Shown here: piece by piece, positions 1 to 9,004 of the stretch
Position numbering within the stretch: the stretch's first letter is position 1
How the letters are laid out: each line of letters starts with the position of its first letter
Assembly (NCBI GenBank): GCA_947628135.1
Contig: CANQYT010000001.1
Span: 65,285-129,284, forward strand
Reading direction: 5' to 3'
Origin: an uncultured Clostridia bacterium
Lineage (GTDB): Bacteria > Bacillota > Clostridia > Christensenellales > CAG-314
DNA: 64,000 nucleotides
The notes under the pieces: generated by a model
What the model was told of the DNA's origin: nothing
Seen by the model: only the letters and a program-made list of their open reading frames with translations
Databases searched by the model: none
Position numbers and translations under genes: made by a program

Positions 1-1
1 C

Positions 2-1090
2 GTTGACGAAGCGATTGCGTTAGTGGCAGACACCGATAAAAATGTTTATGCAGATGATTCAAACTTTCACAACGGCGGATTTTACATTGCGGGCACGGTC
101 GCCGAAGGATCGAAAAGAGTAAACGGCGGCTGGGAGTTCTCTATGCCCGGCAGCAACGGCAAAACTCTTGCTTGCTCGGTAAAAGACACTCAATTAGAAA
201 AAGACGGTATCACCATTCCTCTCAAAGCAGACGGCGGATTGGACAACAGCGAAATTGTTTTCTATACAGTGGGTCTGCGTAATTCCGACGGAGCATATTC
301 TGCAATAGAGTTATCCTCCAAAAATGCAATAAAATCCTTGCAACTTCCCGCGCTTACTGCGATAGAGATCGAAGCGGCGCAAACGGAAGTTACCGTTCCG
401 TATTCCGTTGAGATAACCGTCAAGAGCATAACTCCCGCCAATGCGGTATTTGAAAACGTCGAATGGATAACTTCCGACGAAGGCAAAGCAACCGTAACGG
501 GCGACGCGAAAAAAGCCACCGTTACGAGCATTGCGGCAGGCACGGTAAACATTTCCGTCAAGTGCGGCAACATCACCTCCAACGAAATTACGCTTACACT
601 TGTAGCGGACCAATCGGAGACAAAATTCATTTTCGATTGGACTAAGGATTTGACGGCTGACAGCGTGGTTGACGATATTTATACATATACCGCACAAGAA
701 ACCACCATATTTGAGAATATCGGTAAGTGGACGCCGGGTCAAACAGAAATTGTTGGATTTACTTCTGCCAAATGCAGAATTGCACAGGATATTGGCGGTT
801 TTGGTTATAAGCCGGGAACGAAAGACGGAACAGCTACAATTACAACAGTTCACCAAATCACAAAAATTACGTTCACCGTTGTTCCGTTTAGCGATGCCAA
901 CGATATTTCATTCAGCATCAACGAACAAGAGTTGAGTCACCCCAAAAACGGTGCGGTATATACGGGAAAACTTGATTGTGCATACGAAGTAACAGTCGAA
1001 TTTGATGAAGCAACCAATGTAATCAATTTCGTCGCTCCGAAAACATCAGGAAACAAATTCATAATTGTAAAAATGATATTGGAATGGTAA
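2..1090 (+). CDS. C-terminal part of a secreted/surface protein with a bacterial Ig-like (Big_2-type) domain; 5' end is outside the window
   Basis: The frame is open from the window edge (no stop between nt 2 and the GTG at 23) to TAA 1088-1090. The segment EVTVPYSVEITVKSITPANAVFENVEWITSDEGKATVTGD...GTVNISVKCGNITSNEITLTL fits the Big_2 pattern. Confidence 0.6.
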   Translation, partial: VDEAIALVADTDKNVYADDSNFHNGGFYIAGTVAEGSKRVNGGWEFSMPGSNGKTLACSVKDTQLEKDGITIPLKADGGLDNSEIVFYTVGLRNSDGAYSAIELSSKNAIKSLQLPALTAIEIEAAQTEVTVPYSVEITVKSITPANAVFENVEWITSDEGKATVTGDAKKATVTSIAAGTVNISVKCGNITSNEITLTLVADQSETKFIFDWTKDLTADSVVDDIYTYTAQETTIFENIGKWTPGQTEIVGFTSAKCRIAQDIGGFGYKPGTKDGTATITTVHQITKITFTVVPFSDANDISFSINEQELSHPKNGAVYTGKLDCAYEVTVEFDEATNVINFVAPKTSGNKFIIVKMILEW

Positions 1091-1260
1091 TCTCTCCTTG
1101 ACCTCAATTGTTACGGACAATGCAAGTCAACGCCGCAAGACAAGTCGAAATCAAACTTTCGCAAAAACATCGGTTAAAAAAATTCGATTACGTCGGCGGT
1201 AGTTTCGCAGTCTATATCTACCGTTTGAAAGGCAGTCGGCTTGCACAACAATGAGGAAAA

Positions 1261-1292
1261 AGGCGCTCCCGAATTTTCGGGGGCGCTTTTTG
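1261..1292 (+). terminator. Rho-independent terminator-like hairpin
   Basis: AGGCGCTCCCG / CGGGGGCGCTT stem (about 10 bp with G-U pairs) followed by TTTTT. Confidence 0.5.
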
Positions 1293-1547
1293 TATGGTCG
1301 GTAGATATATCGTTTCAAACAGTCTTTCGTTTGCGCAACCTCGCCGTCGCGGTCTCCTGCGAAAACGCGTATGCGCAGATGTCTTTTTGCGGCAACGCTC
1401 GCCCTGCGCCCTGTCGATGTGTTTTGCGCGCAAGCGGTGAGAAGTGGCGCAAAAGTACGTTTGTCAAACGTTAAGCGAATGTCCGAGTTGCGTTCAATTG
1501 CTGTCGGGTGGTCGCGGGTGGTTTTTCCCCGAAGCGGAAATTTGTCT

Positions 1548-1576
1548 GAAAAAGCGGCGCGATCAGCGCCGCTTTC
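1548..1576 (-). terminator. Rho-independent terminator downstream of the 82-aa gene
   Basis: GCGGCGC-gatca-GCGCCGC stem with a T-run on the minus strand. Confidence 0.6.
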
Positions 1577-1659
1577 GGTAAATCAATACGTCTCGGCAAG
1601 AAATTTGCCGTTACGTCGGAAATTTCCGCAACTTTCACCAAGCGTGGGCGTATTCGGCG

Positions 1660-1908
1660 TTATCCTTGCAAGCCCTCCGCTTGACGTTTCATATTCTCTA
1701 TCACAACGTCGTACACTTCGCCCAGCGTTGCGCAGTATTCCAGCACTTTCCAGGGCGTATTCGTGTGGAAGTGCAGTTTTATCAATTCGTCGTCGCCCAC
1801 AACGAGCAGGCAGTCGCCTTCGATGTTGGCGTTGATGTAGTCTATTATCTTTTGGTCGGAAAGACTTTTTCCCTCCAACAGCAGTTGCGTGTCGTAAATG
1901 TAGTCCAT
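1660..1908 (-). CDS. Small protein resembling an internal fragment of DAK2/YloV-family proteins
   Basis: 82-aa ORF with AAGGAG about 9 nt upstream. GDCLLVVGDDELIKLHFHTNTPWKVLEYCATLGEVYDVVIENMKRQ resembles the conserved YloV/DAK2 segment, and only this piece is present. Confidence 0.45.
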   Translation of the reverse strand: MDYIYDTQLLLEGKSLSDQKIIDYINANIEGDCLLVVGDDELIKLHFHTNTPWKVLEYCATLGEVYDVVIENMKRQAEGLQG

Positions 1909-1982
1909 AATGGTAGTCTCCTTTCTTCGTTGGTTAAATTGTAGTTCACGGCGGCGCGTTTGTCAACGGAAAGGGGACGTTT

Positions 1983-2660
1983 TCATTCCAGATACTGTTT
2001 GATTTTGTCCAGAGCGCGGCTTTCTATGCGGGAAATGTAACTGCGGCTTATGCCAAGTTCCCGCGCCGTTTGCAGTTGCGTCATCGGCGTAGAGCCCTCC
2101 TCCAAGCCGTACCGCATAAGTATGATTTTCTGTTCCCGCGGCGAAAGGTGTTCGCCTATTATTTGAAGCAGATTTTGGCGGAGAATGGACATCTCCGCTT
2201 GATGAAACACGCTGTCCTCTTTGACAGCCAACACGTCCATAAGCGTGTATTCGTTGCCGTCGTTGTCTACGCCGAGTGTGCTGTTGAGGTACACTGTGTT
2301 TTGATAGCGTTTGTTGGAGCGCAAAGTCATCAATATTTCGTTTTCTATGCAACGCGCAAGATAGGTGGCGAGCGTAGTGCCCTTTTCCGTGGAGTAACTC
2401 TCCACGCCCTTTATCAGCCCGATAGAGCCGATACTTATCATATCGTCCAAGTCGTTTTTGCCGTATTTTTTCGCTATGTGCGCCACGAGGCGCATATTGT
2501 GCGTTATCAGTTTGTCCCGCGCGGCGCGGCTGCCCGCTTTCATTCGTTTGAGACATTCCGCCTCTTCTTCGGGGGAAAGGGGCTGGGGATAACTGCCGTT
2601 AGAAAAATACCCCGTAAAAAAGAACAGCCGTTTAAGCAGATTCAGTATGGCTTCCAACAT
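1983..2660 (-). CDS. sigK: Sporulation sigma factor K (pro-sigma-K), uninterrupted
   Basis: The hydrophobic pro-sequence ends in YPQPLSPEEE. Region 2 motifs are HNMRLVAHIAKKY, IGSIGLIKGVESY and ARCIENEILM. The region 4 HTH is ELGISRSYISRIESRALDKI. By eye it is closer to B. subtilis SigK than to SigE. Confidence 0.85.
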   Translation of the reverse strand: MLEAILNLLKRLFFFTGYFSNGSYPQPLSPEEEAECLKRMKAGSRAARDKLITHNMRLVAHIAKKYGKNDLDDMISIGSIGLIKGVESYSTEKGTTLATYLARCIENEILMTLRSNKRYQNTVYLNSTLGVDNDGNEYTLMDVLAVKEDSVFHQAEMSILRQNLLQIIGEHLSPREQKIILMRYGLEEGSTPMTQLQTARELGISRSYISRIESRALDKIKQYLE

Positions 2661-2782
2661 AATTTTCTCCTGCGCTATTGTACGCCGCCGTTTTGCGGCA
2701 TAGGCGCAAGGGCTTGTATACTTTTTGCGTTTTTGTGCGCGGCACGCTTGTCAAAACCCGTCAAATATTATAAAATTAAATT

Positions 2783-3697
2783 ATGAAATGCAACCTTTGC
2801 CCCCGAAATTGCAACGTCGAACGCAGCGAAAAGCGCGGCGTTTGCGCAACGGACGGGATAGTCCTATCCCGCATAGCGCGCCACGATTGGGAAGAACCCT
2901 GCATATCGGGCGCTAAGGGCAGCGGCACTGTGTTTTTTGCGGGGTGCAATCTGCATTGCCGTTTCTGTCAGAACTACGACATTTCCGTAAAGCCGCACGG
3001 CGCGGAAATTTCGCCCCAACGTCTGGCGGATATTCTGCTGTACGTTGCCGACTCGGGGGTTGCCAACGTCAATCTCGTAACGCCGTCGCACTTTGCCGAC
3101 AAGATAGCCCAAGCGCTTCGTCTGGTAAAACATCGCCTCGGCATACCCGTGGTGTACAACACGGGCTCGTACGAAAAGGTTGCGGTGTTGCGGCAGTTGG
3201 AGGGATTGGTGGACGTGTATCTGCCCGATCTCAAATTTTGCGACGGTGCGGTGTCGGCTTTGCTTGCCGACGCTCCCGATTACTTCGACAAGGCAACCGC
3301 CGCGATAGCGGAAATGCGCCGTCAACAGCCGCGTGAGCGTTTCGATTCGGACGGCTATATGACTTGCGGCGTGATAGTGCGCCATCTCGTACTGCCCTCC
3401 TTTGTGGAGGACTCAAAGCGTATTCTCGATTGGTTGGCGCATTTCGACAAGGATATTTACGTCAGTCTTATGTCGCAGTACTTTCCCGCGAGGGAAAGCG
3501 GGCTTGCGGCGCTTGATAGGCGACTGTTCAGACACGAATATGCCAACGTAAAGGAATATTTCTTCAACGTGGGTTTGCACAACGGGTATTTTCAGCAGGA
3601 GGAATCCGCAACGCGGGATTATCTGCCCGATTTCGACGACGGCGACGTTGCCGCGGTGCTGAGCAAAGTTCCGTTTATTTTTGCCAAAGCGGAGTAA
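2783..3697 (+). CDS. Radical SAM enzyme, PflX-like (putative pyruvate formate-lyase activating enzyme family)
   Basis: CNLHCRFCQN (CxxxCxxC) cluster motif, with an N-terminal CNLCPRNC Cys pair. 304 aa. Confidence 0.75.
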   Translation: MKCNLCPRNCNVERSEKRGVCATDGIVLSRIARHDWEEPCISGAKGSGTVFFAGCNLHCRFCQNYDISVKPHGAEISPQRLADILLYVADSGVANVNLVTPSHFADKIAQALRLVKHRLGIPVVYNTGSYEKVAVLRQLEGLVDVYLPDLKFCDGAVSALLADAPDYFDKATAAIAEMRRQQPRERFDSDGYMTCGVIVRHLVLPSFVEDSKRILDWLAHFDKDIYVSLMSQYFPARESGLAALDRRLFRHEYANVKEYFFNVGLHNGYFQQEESATRDYLPDFDDGDVAAVLSKVPFIFAKAE

Positions 3698-3713
3698 AAC
3701 CAAGAGCGTCACA

Positions 3714-4379
3714 ATGGGTAAAACGTCTGTACAACCTAACAAAAAATTGCGCGTCAGCCTGTGGCAGTTGTTTTGGACTTTTTTCAAGACGGGTCTGTTT
3801 ACGTTCGGCGGCGGCTACGCGATGATAGCCGTCTTGGAGGAGGAACTTGTAACGCGGCGCAAATGGATAACGTCCGGCGATATGCTGGATATGTTGGTCA
3901 TTGCCGAATCCACCCCGGGAGTTATCGCCGTAAACACCGCTACGGGAGTGGGTTATCGCACGCGCGGCGTTTGGGGCGCAATCGTGGCGACCGTGGGCGT
4001 GGTGCTGCCCTCCTTTGCGATAATCACCGCCCTGTCCTTCGCTATACGGGCGCTTTCCGACAACCTTTGGTACAAGGCGGCGTTTACGGGCGTGCAGGCG
4101 TGCGTGACGGTGCTTGTGCTGAACGCTTTCGTAAAGATGTTCAACCAGTTGGAACGCGGCTGGTTCAGCGCATTGCTGTTGGTTGCGGCTTTTAACGTGG
4201 CGTTGTTTACAAACTTCAACGTTATCTTTTTGATACTTATCGGCGGCGCTGCGGGCATTGTGTACGCGTTGGTCGCCGACGCGATAGTAAAGCGCAGAAA
4301 CAAGCCTCTGCCCATTGCGCAAGGCGGCAGGTTGGAAGGGAAAACCGACGACAGCGACGCCGACGGAGGTGACAAATGA
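3714..4379 (+). CDS. chrA: Chromate transporter family protein (half-size, first of a pair)
   Basis: FGGGYAMIAVLEEELVTRRKWITSGDMLDMLVIAESTPGVIAVNTAT is the ChrA signature. The ATG at 3714 was preferred over the TTG at 3681, which overlaps the upstream gene. Confidence 0.75.
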   Translation: MGKTSVQPNKKLRVSLWQLFWTFFKTGLFTFGGGYAMIAVLEEELVTRRKWITSGDMLDMLVIAESTPGVIAVNTATGVGYRTRGVWGAIVATVGVVLPSFAIITALSFAIRALSDNLWYKAAFTGVQACVTVLVLNAFVKMFNQLERGWFSALLLVAAFNVALFTNFNVIFLILIGGAAGIVYALVADAIVKRRNKPLPIAQGGRLEGKTDDSDADGGDK

Positions 4380-4999
4380 CCTTCCTCGTGCTGTTTTGGG
4401 AATATTTCAAGGTGGGTTTGTTTACTATCGGCGGCGGATACGCGATGTTGCCGCTTGTTACGCAAATCGTGACGGTGCGCGGCTGGATGTCGGAGCGGCA
4501 ACTGATAGAATTTGTTGGCGTAGCCGAGTCCACCCCCGGACCGTTTGCCGTAAACCTCGCTACGTTTGTGGGGAGCACCGTCGGCTCGCAAACTTCTTTG
4601 GGAGTTTTCGGCGGGTTGCTCGGGTCGTTTGTGGCAACGTTTGCGGTGGTGCTGCCTTCGCTTGTGATAATCATCATCGTGACTATGCTGTTTGACAAAT
4701 TTCGCAACAGCAAATTCGTCAACGGCGCTTTGCGCGGCATACGTCCCGTGGTGGTGGGGCTGATACTTTCCGCGGTGATCTCCGTCGCCGCAAAGACGGT
4801 TTTGCCCAATTTGGACTTCAAAAACATTCGCGCCGACGGCGCTTCGAAGTTCAATTGGGTGTCGCTGATTTTGATAGCGGCGTTTGTTCCGCTGTCGCAA
4901 ATAAAGATAAAAGGTAAAAAAATCCACCCCATATTCCTCATTTTGTTCTCCGCGGCGTTGGGAGTGGTGCTGTTCGGCGTGTTCGGCTTGCAAAGTTAG
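4376..4999 (+). CDS. chrA: Chromate transporter family protein (half-size, second of a pair)
   Basis: IGGGYAMLPLVTQIVTVRGWMSERQLIEFVGVAESTPGPFAVNLAT. There is an ATGA start/stop overlap with the first half. Confidence 0.8.
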   Translation: MTFLVLFWEYFKVGLFTIGGGYAMLPLVTQIVTVRGWMSERQLIEFVGVAESTPGPFAVNLATFVGSTVGSQTSLGVFGGLLGSFVATFAVVLPSLVIIIIVTMLFDKFRNSKFVNGALRGIRPVVVGLILSAVISVAAKTVLPNLDFKNIRADGASKFNWVSLILIAAFVPLSQIKIKGKKIHPIFLILFSAALGVVLFGVFGLQS

Positions 5000-5045
5000 C
5001 GCAATTTTATGACAAAATCATACACATATTTTTTGCGTATAAGTG

Positions 5046-5074
5046 TTGCAAATTTCGTTGTATTGTGCTACAAT
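5046..5074 (+). promoter_or_regulatory. Sigma-A-type promoter for the XRE regulator
   Basis: TTGCAA, a 17-nt spacer, then TACAAT with an upstream TGn. Confidence 0.55.
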
Positions 5075-5137
5075 ATAAGTACCGAAAAGGGCGTCCCGCC
5101 GAAAAAGGACGCTATTTACGAGCATTAGGAGAAAACA

Positions 5138-5347
5138 ATGGAATTCAGAGAAAAGGTAAAAACCGTCAGAAAGAAACTTTATCTGAGTCAGGAAATGATG
5201 GCAAAGGAACTTGGCGTAGCGTTTGCAACGGTAAACCGTTGGGAATCGGGCAGGTGCAAACCCAACTACGGCGCTCAAAAGGCGTTTGCGGAGTTTTGCA
5301 AGGCTCACAACATTGACGTTGACACTTTGCAGGAGCACAACTATTAA
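5138..5347 (+). CDS. XRE-family helix-turn-helix transcriptional regulator (69 aa)
   Basis: KKLYLSQEMMAKELGVAFATVNRWESGRCKP is a typical HTH_3. AGGAGA RBS. Confidence 0.75.
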   Translation: MEFREKVKTVRKKLYLSQEMMAKELGVAFATVNRWESGRCKPNYGAQKAFAEFCKAHNIDVDTLQEHNY

Positions 5348-5467
5348 GCCAATTTGTTTGTCAACACAACGACCGTCACTTGCCGCCGACGCGCGGCGGT
5401 GCGGTTGACGCGAACTGTTTTGCAGCGTCTATTGCGGTAGTCGCAAAGTTATCTTTTGTTTTAATAC

Positions 5468-5544
5468 GGAGGCATAGCTCAGTCGGTTAGAGCGCTCGCT
5501 TCACATGCGAGAGGTCGTAGGTTCGAGTCCTACTGTCTCTACCA
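5468..5544 (+). tRNA. tRNA-Val (anticodon CAC), CCA encoded
   Basis: Hand-folded cloverleaf. The acceptor is GGAGGCA/TGTCTCT (two G-U pairs) and the D arm is GCTC-AGTCGGTTAG-AGC. The anticodon stem is CTCGC/GCGAG with loop TTCACAT, and the T arm is GTAGG-TTCGAGT-CCTAC. Discriminator A plus CCA. Confidence 0.85.
5524..5541 (+). repeat. att-like direct repeat, copy 1 (inside the tRNA-Val T-arm/acceptor 3' half)
   Basis: CGAGTCCTACTGTCTCTA is identical to 5848-5865. Confidence 0.7.
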
Positions 5545-5847
5545 AGCGGCGGCTTCGCATTTGAGTCGCAACAGAAAAGAGTCCGTGTAAGACGAACTCT
5601 TTTTCTATTGCTCCTTTTAACTCGCCGCCGCGGGTAGACACAGTACGGACAGTTCGAAATAATGTAGCGTCCGTTCGCCTCATTTACAGAGTTGGTGCAG
5701 TTGGTCATTTATTGCCTTCTATCCCTGCGGGCGTGGCATATGGGGTTTGCTTACGCAAAAGCCACGCCCTTGGGCATTCGGCTACCAACTGCACACCGTG
5801 CAGATTTGCTTCACGCCGAATGTGTTTACCCTGCGCTTCGCTTGGGA

Positions 5848-5865
5848 CGAGTCCTACTGTCTCTA
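5848..5865 (+). repeat. att-like direct repeat, copy 2 (orphan duplicate of the tRNA-Val 3' end)
   Basis: CGAGTCCTACTGTCTCTA. AT-rich DNA begins immediately to its right. Confidence 0.7.
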
Positions 5866-6031
5866 TTGTATTTCTTACATCAAAACACTATTTTTTGTCG
5901 GTTTTATTATTTGGTGGGATTTGATTTGTAGATATTGCATTTTTGAATAAATTATCAGTAATTTTCGGACGTAAAACAATCTTACCAACTCGCAGTGTTT
6001 ATTTCTGGAAACCGTGGTTTAATGGAGAACC

Positions 6032-6060
6032 TTGACAAAAGATAAATTATTTTGTAAAAT
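6032..6060 (+). promoter_or_regulatory. Sigma-A-type promoter
   Basis: TTGACA, a 17-nt spacer, then TAAAAT. Confidence 0.55.
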
Positions 6061-6106
6061 TTAATTATTATTTATAGTGAATCTATGAAGTTAAGGAGAC
6101 TATGCT

Positions 6107-6778
6107 ATGTCCGAACAAAAAGGCGTTATATACATATTGACGAATCCATCGTTCAAAGAGTATGTGAAAATAGGATATGCAGACGACATTAAGGCACGTC
6201 TTGCACAACTCAACAGAAGCGAATGTACTCCATTTGCGTTTCGTGTATACGCCACCTATGAAGTGGATACCAGACTTACCGATTTGAAGTTACATAATAT
6301 CATTGATAAACTCAATCCCAATTTGCGTGCTATTGACAATGTGGACGGCAAAAAACGGGTAAGAGAATTTTACGCAATGTCGGCTGAGGATGCTTATGCG
6401 TTGTTTGAAGCAATGGCTGAAATTCACGGTACGGAAAGCAAATTAAAAAAATTTGCAGCAACAGCAAAGCAAAAGATAGAAGAAGATACTGCTGCCGAAA
6501 TTGAAGATGAATCACGTGAAAGAATGACGCCGTTCAATTTTGCAATGGTGAATATTCCTGTCGGTTCTGTGATAGAGTACAGCAATTCGGCAAACGAAAA
6601 TTGCGGTAAAATGTGTGTTGTTGTAGACGATAGGCACGTAGAATACGATGGTAAGATTTGGACGCTTTCCGCCCTTGCAATGGAATTAACGGGTAGTAAA
6701 AGTCCGCTTGCCGGACCAAGATATTTTAAATATAATGGCGAATGGTTAAACGACATTCGTCGGCGAATGGGGAAGTAA
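6107..6778 (+). CDS. GIY-YIG-like T5orf172 (MUG113) domain protein with an uncharacterised C-terminal domain
   Basis: N-terminus GVIYILTNPSFKEYVKIGYADDIKARLAQLNRSECTPFAFRVYATYEV fits the T5orf172 pattern. AAGGAG RBS. Confidence 0.65.
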   Translation: MSEQKGVIYILTNPSFKEYVKIGYADDIKARLAQLNRSECTPFAFRVYATYEVDTRLTDLKLHNIIDKLNPNLRAIDNVDGKKRVREFYAMSAEDAYALFEAMAEIHGTESKLKKFAATAKQKIEEDTAAEIEDESRERMTPFNFAMVNIPVGSVIEYSNSANENCGKMCVVVDDRHVEYDGKIWTLSALAMELTGSKSPLAGPRYFKYNGEWLNDIRRRMGK

Positions 6779-7014
6779 TTCTATCGCAGTAAAGAAATTT
6801 TTTGTAAGTAGCACCGTTTATTGGAACAATCTGAATGGATAACGAATAACAGTTGATTTCAATTGGCTTACAAAAATTAACATTAATTTTGAACAAAATA
6901 AATAGTGTTACGCAGTAAGAATGTATCGGATAATTATTTGAAGATTACCAATGTATAATAGTTTATTTTCTTCTGTTTTGTACATAATTTAATTGCGGAA
7001 GTTATGCAAAAAAC

Positions 7015-7043
7015 TTGCACAAAAAATATTGCTATGCTATAAT
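7015..7043 (+). promoter_or_regulatory. Sigma-A-type promoter of the ATPase/RloB pair
   Basis: TTGCAC, a 17-nt spacer, then TATAAT. Confidence 0.6.
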
Positions 7044-7077
7044 ATATATTAATAATAAAAAAGGAGTAAGTAGAGAT

Positions 7078-8373
7078 ATGTTATTAAAAGTTCGTGTTGA
7101 CAATTTTTTGGTTTACTCTAATGACGTGGAATTATCTCTGATTGCAGATATGCGGATAAAAAGATTCGCAGATAACGTGTATGAGAATATGGGGTTTAAT
7201 GTGTTGAAATCCGTTTGTGTTTATGGCGCGAACAATTCTGGCAAGACTTGTCTTGTCCGTGCTATTAATTCTATAAAGAATGTGTTACTTGGATTAGTTG
7301 CTGAGGTGCCGTCAAATATTTTCAGAGAGGACAAAGTATGCTCATTTGGAATTACATTTATGGAAAGCGATAGAGTATTTGATTATGATTTTAAGTATGA
7401 TTCTGCGCTTTCAAATGGCTATAAAAGAGGCTTTGTCTATGAGTGTTTGAAAGAACTGACGATTGATGCGCATAAGAACACTTTAATTAAAGAATTGTTT
7501 ATACGAGATGCAACAAATGGCATTTATCGTTTTCAGGAAGATGATGAGTTAAGTAAAGTTTTAAGTCTTGTGTCAAACGATAATATTCTTATATATACGG
7601 TAAATGCTGCTATTCATTCCCAAATAGGCGAGTATAAAGAAATTTTACGTAAATTCGCCGATAGTATTATTTTACTTGACATGAATAATATACCCATAAA
7701 CAGAACCATTGATGTCTTGAAGAACAATGAAAAGATTAAAGAAAAAACAGTGGAGCTTATTTGTCTCGCAGATTTAGATATAGATGATTTCTTATATTAC
7801 GTAGATAACTCAAAGTCTGGAGCAATAGGTATCACCAATGAAGAAGAAGCACCTAATCCAAGAGAGGATGTTCTGAAATTGAAAGTAGCGATTGGAGATA
7901 TGCTGCGGTTAACATCAGTTCATAAGGGTAAGCCTGTTCAAAGTTTTTCTTTCGATTCGACGGGTACAAAAAAGATTGTTGCCATTGCAAGCTATATTAT
8001 TGAAGCATTGGAGACAGGTAAAACATTAGTAGTAGACGAGTTGGATAGCAGTTTGCATTTCAAACTCACGCGAGCTCTTGTCGCCTTATTTAACAATGAT
8101 TTAAATGTAAGAGCACAGTTAATCTTTACTGCGCACGATGCAACATTGTTAGATTGCAAAAAGTTATTCCGTAAGGATCAAATTTGGTTCGCATCCAAAG
8201 ATAAAGATAACGAATACCTATATTCATTAGCAGATTTTACTGCAAAGGAAAATGGTATTCGCGCTGAGACAAGATTAATGGACAAATATAACGCAGGTGT
8301 TCTTGGAGCAATTCCAGAGCCCGATTTCATTTCGGTTTTGTTGAATGAGTCCATATCGAATGGGGGAAATTGA
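7078..8373 (+). CDS. AAA_21/AAA_15-type (ABC-like) ATPase, AbiLi/RloA-like
   Basis: Walker A is GANNSGKTC. The Walker B/D-loop region is LVVDELDSSLHFKLTRALVALF...LIFTAHDATLLD. AAGGAG lies 8 nt before the ATG at 7078; the upstream extension in the ORF track overlaps the promoter. Confidence 0.7.
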   Translation: MLLKVRVDNFLVYSNDVELSLIADMRIKRFADNVYENMGFNVLKSVCVYGANNSGKTCLVRAINSIKNVLLGLVAEVPSNIFREDKVCSFGITFMESDRVFDYDFKYDSALSNGYKRGFVYECLKELTIDAHKNTLIKELFIRDATNGIYRFQEDDELSKVLSLVSNDNILIYTVNAAIHSQIGEYKEILRKFADSIILLDMNNIPINRTIDVLKNNEKIKEKTVELICLADLDIDDFLYYVDNSKSGAIGITNEEEAPNPREDVLKLKVAIGDMLRLTSVHKGKPVQSFSFDSTGTKKIVAIASYIIEALETGKTLVVDELDSSLHFKLTRALVALFNNDLNVRAQLIFTAHDATLLDCKKLFRKDQIWFASKDKDNEYLYSLADFTAKENGIRAETRLMDKYNAGVLGAIPEPDFISVLLNESISNGGN

Positions 8374-8374
8374 A

Positions 8375-9004
8375 ATGGCAAATAAATTACCTAGTGCTAA
8401 GAATAAAGATAGTCTTCTTATTGTGTGTGAGGGGGCCGAAGAATTTGATTATCTCAATCGTTTAAAAACCTGCGGCGTGTGGAGTAATAATTTTTCAGTC
8501 AAGCCGATAGATGCCGGATCAATAGACAAAATTTATGCAACCTACTCATACTACTACAAGACAAACAGTTACAGACTGATTGTGATTTTTTGCGATACCG
8601 AGAAGCACCCTTATGACAAATTTGTTGCAATGAAACAAAAGATAGACGGTTTTCACGGTAAATGTGTCGCAGATCAAATTGTATTCTTCGTTAATCCATG
8701 TACGTTGCAAGTAGTGTTGCTGCATTTTGGTGCAATCAAATTGACCTCTAACAGCAAATGTGATAATGCGGAAAAGGTGGAGCGTTTGACGGGTGTGAAA
8801 AATTATGACGCAACGGAACAACAACGCAGGTCCATTGTGAACAAAATTAATATGCAAAATTACACGAAAATGAAACAACGTTTGGCGCAGTTGAAAGATA
8901 CATATACCTATGTGCCAAGTAGTAACGTACTGCACTTATTTAAGGCATTGGAGATGGGCAATCCAAAGTGGCTCAGCGAAATGAATCAAAAAATTGAGAG
9001 GTAA
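8375..9004 (+). CDS. RloB-like (Toprim-like) protein, AbiLii-like
   Basis: The LLIVCEGAEEFDYLNRLK N-terminal motif is typical of the RloB family. The start is 1 nt after the ATPase stop, with a GGGGGA RBS. Confidence 0.6.
   Translation: MANKLPSAKNKDSLLIVCEGAEEFDYLNRLKTCGVWSNNFSVKPIDAGSIDKIYATYSYYYKTNSYRLIVIFCDTEKHPYDKFVAMKQKIDGFHGKCVADQIVFFVNPCTLQVVLLHFGAIKLTSNSKCDNAEKVERLTGVKNYDATEQQRRSIVNKINMQNYTKMKQRLAQLKDTYTYVPSSNVLHLFKALEMGNPKWLSEMNQKIER

Noticed and set aside
1983-2660. The possibility of a skin-like intervening element splitting sigK, as in B. subtilis and C. difficile.
   Set aside because: The ORF is continuous from the pro-sequence through region 4.2 at normal sigma-K length (225 aa).
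3675-4993. Minus-strand ORFs 3675-4322, 3953-4993 and 4237-4941, opposite the chromate transporter pair.
   Set aside because: They are antisense shadows of two membrane-protein genes with clear ChrA motifs.
5545-5847. A possible integrase remnant or small gene between the tRNA and its 18-bp duplicate.
   Set aside because: Only short overlapping ORFs are present, with no recognisable recombinase motifs. The segment was kept only as part of the att-duplication finding.
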